This document shows, in pieces, positions 54,975 to 64,000 of a stretch of 64,000 nucleotides of DNA. The position numbers and the translations under genes were made by a program. This DNA comes from Octopus sinensis. Taxonomy: Eukaryota. The DNA lies in the NCBI RefSeq assembly GCF_006345805.1, contig NC_043002.1, positions 71,300,001 to 71,364,000 of the forward strand. Direction: 5' to 3'. The notes beneath the pieces were generated by a model. It did not search any database, was not told where the DNA came from, and saw only the letters and a program-made list of their open reading frames with translations. Within the stretch, counting starts at the first letter, position 1. The number at the start of each line of letters is the position of its first letter.

Positions 54975-55200
54975 TCTGTACCATTTTCTACAAATAGGGA
55001 TGAATGTTTTTGTTAGAGCAGAAATCCGTTTTGTGAAAAGGTTGCCTCTTGTATCTCCGTCATCAATGATGGTACAAATATTCCTGACTAGGCCATATGG
55101 GATATTGCGTTTTCTATATGTTGGGTAGGATGCTGTAAATATTTAAATGATGGACTCTCCCGTCGATTTCGACGTATGAGTGTTTTTTTAGGGGCGAGGA
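54975..55200 (-). mobile_element. Penelope-like RT thumb relic
   Basis: HPTQHI/KRNIPYGLVRNICTII with one frameshift resembles the recalled PLE HP.H.KRNIP..LARRICTIV segment. Confidence 0.55.
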
Positions 55201-55499
55201 CTTAAAGTTCAAGTAAGTAACGGGAAAAATTACTCGGAAGCTGCATCTATTTGAGATGGATGCGAGAATGTAATTTGTTTCCAGGTATTGATTTAGCTAT
55301 GAAGTCGCAATGGGAATACTGATGAGTTTGATTTTTCCTGGGATAGGGCAAATTTGTCTGTTGGCTGTGGAATATAGTTCTTCTATTGTTCTTTATCTTC
55401 AACACAAATTGTTTGGACGTATCGTGTCACATATCGATCTAGGCAAGATGTCAAGTTAAGCTGTAGAGAATTTAGTGATTGTTTCAACTTATCCTTATA

Positions 55500-55720
55500 C
55501 CTAAGGACAAGTCTTCCTCTGCCACGATATCTCTCCACTTATTGGACATACAGAAGAATTTTCCGAATACGGTCATTTTTCATTCGAGCAACATGTCCTA
55601 CCCATCTGCACTGAATTCTCATCAGCATGCTTTGAATACTGAAGATATATTTTTCTAACATTTTGGCATTGGATATCTTAGCTTGCCATTTTATTTTGCA
55701 TATGCTGTGCAAACAGCACA
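55500..55720 (-). mobile_element. RTE-type LINE thumb fragment
   Basis: SIQSMLMRIQCRWVGHVARMKNDRIRKILLY...GRGRLVLRYKDKLK. Confidence 0.8.
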
Positions 55721-55934
55721 TGCCAAAGATTTCACGATTTTTTTATATGTCTGTAGTTGGGAGTCCATGCTTCGGTCGCATAAAAAGGCGTACTCAAAAT
55801 AATAGATTTGTATACACTAATTTTAGTCTTCAGAGTGATATCTTGTTCATCCCACAAACGATGGGCAAGGCTTCCAAAAACACTTGTAGCCTTACATATA
55901 TTCGAACATTGATTTCGTCATCAAGAATACTCTT

Positions 55935-56502
55935 GAAATTACAGACTACAAAGAGCAAAAATCCGCTATGATCAAATCCCAGAAGGAGTAACTGAGAATG
56001 AAAATTGCAAATTTCTGTGGGATGCAATAATTCGGTGTGACCATCAGATGTGGCATCGGAAAAATAACATTGTTGTGGTGACAAAAAATGAGAAGACATG
56101 TTCGATAATCGGCATAGCATGTCCTGATGACAACATGATCAAAGAGGAAGAAGAAAAAGTGAACTATGACTATATGAAGTCGGAAATAAACGATGAAGAT
56201 TGAGCGCATTATACCAGTAGTAACAGGCGCTCTTAGAAGTCAACAACCAGCACGGCTTTAAAAAGATTGATAGAAATTTACATAAAAACAACTTAGAAAA
56301 ATCAACATTACTCGGAACTGCAAAAGTTCTCCGGAATGTACTTGAAATATGATCCGTACACAAGTTTCAACTTAGTCTGCAGTCTGTGGATAGCTGACAC
56401 CTTCCATCATACCCAGCAAAATAAACGGACAGCTTTCATCAAAACGACAAGAACAACGAACACAACAGGAACAGCAACAAAAACAACAACAACAACAACA
56501 AC

Positions 56503-56538
<36 letters not shown>

Positions 56539-56545
56539 TAATAAT
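55935..56545 (+). mobile_element. R4/Dong-type 3' fragment (family X) with (ACA)n(AAT)n tail
   Basis: PEGVTENENCKFLWDAIIRCDH...IVVVTKNEKTCSIIGIACPDD; decayed. Confidence 0.75.
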
Positions 56546-56632
56546 AATGACTTGTCAGTCAGTACAAACCCCCGGGAGACACAATATCTTCAATCAACAA
56601 CATCACGATATTGGAGATGTGTGCGAAAGTCT

Positions 56633-56685
<53 letters not shown>

Positions 56686-56701
56686 TAATAACAATAATAA
56701 C

Positions 56702-56737
<36 letters not shown>

Positions 56738-56976
56738 TAGTGCTCATGGGAACTGCTCATATCCTACGCAAAATACTTTCTATGTAATCTCAAGTTTTAA
56801 AACAAACAATTCTCGTATGTTTTTTTTAGACATTCACTAGTACAACAATAAGTACAAAACCAAAATATATGGCACCCTAGGCATAACACCAACACGAACT
56901 TCCAACTTGTTGTCTCTTGAGGTCTCTGGGTGAGACTTGGAGCCAGCTTGTGCAAATGTAAAGCAGAAGTCAAACT

Positions 56977-57030
<54 letters not shown>
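56546..57030 (+). mobile_element. Two short R4/Dong-type 3' ends in tandem, each followed by (TAA)n
   Basis: 56738-56976 matches 11960-12220 (VLMGTAHILRKILSM* plus 3'UTR); 56546-56635 is a UTR-like segment between TAA tracts and is less certain. Confidence 0.75.
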
Positions 57031-57034
<4 letters not shown>

Positions 57035-58212
57035 CATGAAAACAAGAAAGCATCATACTCAGTCACAAAACAGGCAAAGGAATATCTAAGTGAATTCCGA
57101 ATACAACCAATTTCGGAATTAGAGATAGACATACAAGAAACAAGCACAGAAAAAGCTAGGCGCATGAAAACCCGTGCCAAAACTGCGGCCTTAGATATTC
57201 TGAATAATAAATGGCAAGAAAAACCTCTCTATGGCAAATACCCAAGAGAGCGAATAATGCAGATATCGACAAAGCCCTGACCCATCAATGGCTAATGGCC
57301 TCTGGCTTAAAATCTGAAACAGAGGGGTTTATCATAGCAGCTCAAGATCAATGCCTACCAACAAGAAACTACCAGGCCAACATATTAAAGATCAGAAGCA
57401 GTCCAACGTGTCGTGTATGCAAGCAACAAAACGAAACCATTGACCATGTGGTCTCCAAGTGCAGTCTTCTAGCGCTACAGAGTATCTCAACAGGCACGAT
57501 AGAGCTGCACAATATATTCACTGGGTAATCTGTAAAAGCCTGGATTTGCCCCATGAAAAAAACTGGTGGGAACACAAACCACCCCCAGTGCTTGAAAATG
57601 ACCACATCTCACTCCTCTGGAACTTCACCATTCAAACTGACAGGAAGATAGATGCAAATAGGCCAGACATCATATTGAAAGACTTCAACAAAAGAACATG
57701 CCTCCTCATTGATATGACTGTCCAATCGATATAAACGTATCTGTAGGACCTACCAAAAACTGAGCAAATATAAAGATCTTGAAATAGAAGTCAGCAAAAT
57801 GTGGAAGCTGAAGACTAAAACATACCTGTTGTCATAGGTGCCCTGGGAATGATAGCAAAAGGGGTTGATAGCTACCTAACTCAGATACCAGGAAACCCCA
57901 AAATGGCAGAAGTTCAAAAGATAGTGCTCATGGGAACAGCTCATATCCTACGCAAAATACTCTCTATGTAACCTCAAGGTTTAAAACAACCATAATTTTC
58001 GGGTTAAAAAAAAAAAAAAAAAATTTTTATTTTTTTAGACATTCATTAGTACAACATCCCCACCCCCAAATATATGGCACACTAGGCATAACAACAACAT
58101 GAATTCCAACCTGTTGTCTCTTGAGGTCTCGGGTGTGAGACTTGGAGCCAACTTGTACAAATATAAAGCAAAAGTCAAACATAGAATAATAATAATAATA
58201 ATAACAGTAATG
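57031..58212 (+). mobile_element. R4/Dong-type element, 1.2-kb 3' fragment (CCHC zinc knuckle, REL endonuclease, 3'UTR, (TAA)n tail)
   Basis: GLKSETEGFIIAAQDQCLPTRNY...CRVCKQQNETIDHVVSKC...RHDRAAQYIHW...ANRPDII; frameshifted. Confidence 0.92.
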
Positions 58213-58214
58213 AT

Positions 58215-58745
58215 CATTTCTTTATTAGCCACAAAGGTTTACATTAAGAAAAACATTATGGACAGTACAGGATTAAACAAAGAATGTGTTTGTGTATGAG
58301 TGTGAGTGCGTGTTGTTTTAAGGGTTTTGCTTCTAAACAAGTCTAAAAAAATTATAAAATAAAGAAAGAAATCAACAATGTGTAATCCTCAATGGAGAGG
58401 AAACATTCGAGGATTTCTCATAGAAAAGCCCCATAAAGAACCGTAGGTACCCTGTCTTTTGGGGTCGGTACCTTATTTCCTTTCCTTTTCTTTTTTCAAC
58501 TACAGGCGTATGCTCAGGACAGGCCCATTCACTCGTACCTTTCTCGCCACTTTCATCAAGCTTTCAGCAAATTGGATTGGCCGGAAGACAGCACTTACAC
58601 CTCTACCCTTATTTTCTTTTTCAAGTGAAATTTGCAGAAGTTGGTCAGAGTTTGGCCGAAGATAAAAGTGTTGGTCTTTAACCTCTACAATCTCGTCCAC
58701 CATACAACCTCTTTCGCCATGGCCAGTAGGTATATATACAGAGCT
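58215..58745 (-). mobile_element. Tx1/L1-like LINE 3' fragment, antisense within the R4 cluster
   Basis: C-terminus ...QFAESLMKVARKVRVNGPVLSIRL* and 3' end CCTTTGTGGCTAATAAAGAAAT; clade assignment is from recall of octopus Tx1-like proteins. Confidence 0.5.
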
Positions 58746-58972
58746 CAATGCCGTTGAAACGGGCTCAATCCTATTGAAATTTCAAAACTTCTTAAGACAA
58801 CTGGACATCCCATGCAAGATTGATGTCTTTCAAAAAGCAGCATTATTGGGCACAGATCACATCTTAAGGGAAGTATTTTCTGTCTAAGGGCCTTGTTGTG
58901 ACTTGACAGATGACAAAAGACTCCAGTGTATTTTAACGTAAACTGAATAGTAATGATAACAATAATAATAAT
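58746..58972 (+). mobile_element. R4/Dong-type 3' end (family W)
   Basis: FQNFLRQLDIPCKIDVFQKAALLGTDHILREVFSV* followed by a short TAA-like tail. Confidence 0.75.
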
Positions 58973-59119
58973 CTGTTGTCTCTGGGGAGCGTCATTTTCT
59001 TTTTGTGCCTTATAATTTAACACACTCACCGGTAAAATTTCCATTTATTTCTCATTTTACCGGTGAGTGTGTTAAATCATAAAGTACAAAAAGAAAATGA
59101 CTCTCCCCAGACACAACAG
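58973..59119. repeat. Fold-back palindrome with 66-bp arms (5 mismatches) and a 15-nt loop
   Basis: CTGTTGTCTCTGGGGAG...CACCGGTAAAAT versus ATTTTACCGGTG...CTCCCCAGACACAACAG. Confidence 0.92.
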
Positions 59120-59163
59120 AATATGCTTCAACACACGAACTCATATAAAGAATCTTGATGATG

Positions 59164-59198
<35 letters not shown>

Positions 59199-59262
59199 TA
59201 ATAATAAAATAATAATAATATAATAATGATAATAATAATAAATAATAATAATAATAATGATA

Positions 59263-59300
<38 letters not shown>

Positions 59301-59321
59301 GTAATAATAATGATAATAATG

Positions 59322-59378
<57 letters not shown>

Positions 59379-59700
59379 GAGTAAGGACAGTGGTATAAGT
59401 ACTTGGCAATACTGGAAGCAGACAAGATTAAAAAAATGAAGTAATGAAACAAATAGTGATTACACAAGGAGAATAGGCAAATTATTGTAGCCAAAGCTGA
59501 ATTCCAGAAATTTTGTTCAGCAATAAATTCAAGAGTAGTACCCTCAATCATATATGGAGTTGGAATTATAGAATGAACCAAAAACAATATAAAAAAGTTG
59601 ACAGAAAAAAACTAGGAAGTTGTTGACGATTTATTGAGACCACCATCCAAAAACTGATAGCAGTAGAAGTATGTATTCAAATGCAAAGAAATAAGTCTAG
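59379..59700 (+). mobile_element. R4/Dong-type RT/thumb relic following a long (TAA)n tract
   Basis: YKYLAILEADKIK...AINSRVVPSIIYGVGII...DRKTRKLLTIY..HHPKTD, with frameshifts. Confidence 0.7.
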
Positions 59701-59985
59701 TAGAGTATTTACAGTAGAGTATTTACAGTAGAGTATTTGGAGTAGATTATTTACAGAAAAATTACTAAAGACAGTTAATAAAGAACAGGTGTTTTTCTTC
59801 CTTTCTTGTCTACAGTTTAGATATTCTATTTTATTTTATTTCTGTACTTATATTATTTTGTTTCTTATGGATGTTTAAAAATAAAGACAATCGTACCAAT
59901 ACCTCATTCCCTAAATGAAGCGGTCAAATAACAACATGAATGCCTTAAATCAAGACCTTTAGCGAGACATCCCTTTATGTATGAA

Positions 59986-60091
59986 TGTACCTGATGTGAC
60001 CCAGACTGCAAAATTGATGCAACATAGTATGATGCACAGCATCCCACCTATACAGGACAGTTACAGGATGGGTTGAAACGATCGTAGTACA
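59986..60091 (+). ncRNA. Type I hammerhead motif with A9 changed to U and a long stem II insertion
   Basis: Stem I TGTAC/GTACA; CTGATGT 59991-59997; stem II GACCCA/TGGGTT enclosing 65 nt; GAAA 60075-60078; ACGATCGT; GUA. Confidence 0.6.
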
Positions 60092-60305
60092 AAGTAAAGA
60101 ATTATACCAATTCTATCTTCTGTTAACCTAATCGATTATTATCTCAACTAACACTGAGGAATTCAAAGGAAATATACACCAACTGCGGATGCTATCAGGT
60201 AGTCCAAACTGTGCCAGTGCTTTATTCAATACATCAGCACACTAATTGACGTATACTCATTAGTCCCAAAATCACACACACATATATTCATGCATACATA
60301 TATAC

Positions 60306-60337
<32 letters not shown>

Positions 60338-60339
60338 AT

Positions 60340-60720
60340 AAACAAAACAAAAAGAACAAGAACGTAACGGGCGACAACAAAACATCCGATAGTTAGACGA
60401 TACATAAAAAGACAGGAAAAAACAAAGACGGTTCATTCGGAGCTTTCAATCGTCAGCCGAGTTCCAGATCGTCGTTGCTGTTTCGGTCGGTTACACTCAA
60501 GACTGCTCCAATCTGGCTAAGAGCACGAGATTCTTTGGAAAAAAAAGCAAGCGAATGTATACGAAAACGAATAAAATTAACCGAACGGCAGGAATATGAG
60601 AGTTGAAAGTCATGGGAAATAATATATGAGATGCTACACGAATAGTAGTCGAACCAAGAAAGAAAGGCCAGGCTTGGCGGAACGCCGGTCACGTCGAAGG
60701 GGAGGAGAGAGGTAGGGGCA
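60340..60720. mobile_element. Putative Penelope-like terminal repeat with an ORF-start relic (family B)
   Basis: Homologous to the 43480-43865, 46281-46430 and 15520-15660 segments; the plus frame RARDSLEKKASECIRKRIK weakly resembles a PLE N-terminus. Confidence 0.45.
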
Positions 60721-61113
60721 GAGAGATTGAAGAATTAGGAAGAGACGGGAAAGAGAGAAAAAGAAAGGAAAGTGACAAAGTGAGGTAAAAGAGGAGGGAA
60801 AGTGAAAATGAAGGGAAGGCCAAGAAATGTGAGTCAGGGGGACGAGAAAAGGAGAAGTGAAAAGAACGAAGAAAGTGTGAAGGAGCCTAAAAGAAAGATT
60901 AAATGAGTGGTACAGAATTTATGTATGTATGTATACATATATATGTCTAGGAGCGTGTGGGCATTTTGGGACACAATAAGGGGACGCACCAAAACTCAGA
61001 CACACATATATTACTTACAAATATATATTTGTATACTTAACAGTACCATTTAATCTCCCTCTCATTCTGTCTTTCTCCAAGCACCTATATGTATCCTGTG
61101 TGGCATGTCTGTA

Positions 61114-61184
<71 letters not shown>

Positions 61185-61581
61185 ATGTGTGTGTGTATGA
61201 GTGTGATTGTGTGTGTGTATGTGTGTGTGTGTATACATACATACATGCATACACACACCACACATAACCAAATGCATATGTATACAGAAATTCGGTCGAG
61301 GAATGCTAGGAATATTTTTGCCAAAAGCCAAAGCGTCCCACAATGATTCTCTAGTTTCATGAGCGCGCTTTCTCAGTTAGGTCAAGCTGACCTGGATCCT
61401 GCTTGCTGGCTTGTAGACTTCAAAGGCAGCAGAAATATCGCCACAAGAGATACAAGGTTACGTGATGAAATATAAAATGTGATCCCCATTATAATTCAGC
61501 AATAGGAAATGTAATGCAATTCTACTTTCGTATGTATATATGTGTGTATGTATGTATGTGTGTATGTGTGTATGTACGTAT

Positions 61582-61627
<46 letters not shown>

Positions 61628-61775
61628 ATACATATAAATATAAAAATATATGTATGTATATACACACATATATATATATATCGTATGTATATATGTATGT
61701 ATATATCTATGTATGCATGTATATAATCATACATATTTACATACATATATTGTACATTAATGTGTACATATATGC

Positions 61776-61822
<47 letters not shown>

Positions 61823-62051
61823 GCAGGATCTTTTTATATATGTATTCATGTATGTATGTATACAGGTCTACAACAATCTCTCTCCATATCTGTCTTTCTC
61901 TCTTTCTGTTTATCGATCTATATAACTCAAGATATACATATGCATATCTCGGTGTGTGCATATTCTTACGTACATACACAAACTATACACATACAGGCAT
62001 ACATACACATTCACACACACATACATACACAAGCATACATATGTATACATG

Positions 62052-62089
<38 letters not shown>

Positions 62090-62091
62090 TC

Positions 62092-62163
<72 letters not shown>

Positions 62164-62837
62164 TATATATATATCTATATATATATATACATATATATAT
62201 ATATAAGAAACACGCGCATTTACTTACCTACGCAGAGTGTAGAAGAGAGAGAAAGGCGAGAGAGACGGTGAGAGAGAGCGAGAGAGAGAACAGAGACAGA
62301 AGAGCAGAAATGAACGTTTCGGGTGCGATTTAAAAGGATTATAAAAGAAAATAGAGTGTGAAATGCAGAAAATTCTAGATCGGACTAATACGTATTAGTC
62401 ACACGGAAATTTCATACGAACTTACACACGTTCACTCGCTCTCTCTCTCTTTCCCTTTGCCCTCTCAATTCTCTCTCTAATTTACTGCACACACTCACAC
62501 ACACACACACTCCTATACACATACACGAGTCTATAAGTAGTCTATGTGCCTGTGTATTGAAATATGTATAGAGTAAAGATATATGTTCTGCTTGGAAATT
62601 TACGCATTCCAGTATATAGCCACGCATCACAGTTATTTTCTCGAGTGTATAATCCGTAACAAGTGTCCCATAAGTAATGGCGGATTTAACATCATAATCA
62701 TATTTAGTTCATGTGATACAGGTGGAAACTTTAGTGTATGCGCGTAAGCGTGTATGTGTGTGTGAGTGCCTGAATGGAATGTGTGTGTGTGTGTTCTGCC
62801 TATCTATCTATTGTTACTGTCACGCTCTTCCTCTGTA

Positions 62838-62878
<41 letters not shown>

Positions 62879-63137
62879 TCGTACATATGTATGTATGTAT
62901 GTATGTATGTATATATGTATGTATGTATATATGTATGATTGTCTATAGCATTGTTTTCCGCGTGGGAGGCGTAAAATGTGTTATGCATCTGTGCGGTTTT
63001 ACGTGTGTAATCGTGTTAGATATGTACATGTGTATACATTCGTATGAACACATAACCACATCCATGTGTATAAATGCTAATGTACACATATATGTATAAA
63101 TCTATACAATATATCCATACTTAAGTGTGTACATATC

Positions 63138-63700
63138 AGTGGCGTGCGGTGACTTCCGGGGCTGGGCATGCAATGAATTTCTTGCCCCCCCCCCCAGGGG
63201 GGGCAATTTTTCAGTAAAAATATTTTTCGAATTCCTACGATTTACATATGGGAGATTCTGAATATGCAATCACCCCCGTATGACCTAGAATAAAAAAAAA
63301 AAACGTCGCCCTGGTACTATTTAAGAACAGTGGTCCCGTTGCGCGCGCTCGCGCATCCGCGCTGGCTAGTCGTGACTAGTCGATCCTACGACTATCTAAC
63401 AAAGTAAATAAATTTTTTAAACAAAACATATAAAACACAAAGTAAATAATGTTTTTAACAAAGTAAATAAAACACAAAGTAAGGATCGACTAGTCACGAC
63501 TAGCTGGCGTGGATGCTCGAGTGCGCGCACCGGGACCACTCTTTTTAAATAGTACCCATGATTTTTAGATTGTTTGCAATACTCATCAAATTTGTTGAAA
63601 TTCGAAAGTTCCATGAATTTAAACTCTTCTAAGGATGAATATCGTGCTTTTATTTGGTCAACTATTGTACTGATAATGTTGTTATAAAGCATTATATAAT
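63138..63700 (-). mobile_element. hAT transposon relic (CAGTGGCG terminus at 63138; transposase C-terminal fragment)
   Basis: NIISTIVDQIKARYSSLEEFKFMELSNFNKFDEY resembles ZMYM1-like hAT transposase C-termini. Confidence 0.55.
63313..63556. mobile_element. MITE with 75-bp TIRs (8 mismatches) nested in the hAT relic
   Basis: 63313-63387 versus reverse complement of 63482-63556; GC-rich arms and an A-rich spacer. Confidence 0.9.
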
Positions 63701-63769
63701 GACGTTGGGGCTCAATAGATATATTCTTGGATCTCTGAATTCCGATTCCTGCATCGACTCCATATTTTC

Positions 63770-64000
63770 CCCCCCGGGTTCAGTTCCACTGCGTGGCACC
63801 TTGGGCAAGGGTCTTCTACTATAGTCTCGGGCCGACCAAAGCCTTGTCAGTGGATTTGGTAGACGGAAACTGAAAGAAGCCCGTGGTATATATGTATATA
63901 TATGCGTGTGTGTGTTTGTGCGTCTGTGTTTGTCCCCCTAGCATTGCTTGGCAACCGATGCTGGTGTGTTTATGTCCCCGTTACTTAGCGGTTCGGCAAA
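63770..64000 (+). mobile_element. Family A SINE, cut by the window end
   Basis: CCACTGCGTGGCACCTTGGGCAAG...GAAAGAAGCCCGT...CTTAGCGGTTCGGCAAA. Confidence 0.9.

Noticed and set aside
59695-59755. 14-bp tandem repeat (TAGAGTATTTACAG) as a CRISPR-like array
   Set aside because: No spacers, eukaryotic context; a simple minisatellite.

Overview
AT-rich, microsatellite-dense animal non-coding DNA. From my recall of the SINE and LINE families it is most likely an octopus (cephalopod) intergenic or intronic region; this is not verified by a search. I can support no intact host protein-coding gene, and nearly all long ORFs in the track are translations of (TA)n, (CA)n, (GATA)n, (TAA)n or (CAT)n repeats. 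The window is a layered transposon graveyard. It holds three tRNA-derived SINE families; CR1-, RTE-, R4/Dong- and Tx1-type LINE fragments; Penelope-like relics; Tc1, mariner, hAT and Helitron relics; and several fold-back (MITE-like) palindromes. It also holds one near full-length U6 snRNA pseudogene overlapped by a perfect palindrome and abutting a SINE. The most notable signal is a set of type I hammerhead-ribozyme motifs with palindromic stem III, the architecture known from Penelope-like elements. One is canonical and fully intact (15239-15313). Two related copies show stem I covariation (4152-4219 and 59986-60091), and several are variant or decayed. Other points of interest are a same-strand stack of R4/Dong elements in (TAA)n tracts (55.9-59.7 kb), an apparently intron-containing Tc1 transposase, and SINE/LINE 3'-tail partnerships visible within the window. 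All alignments and folds were done by eye.
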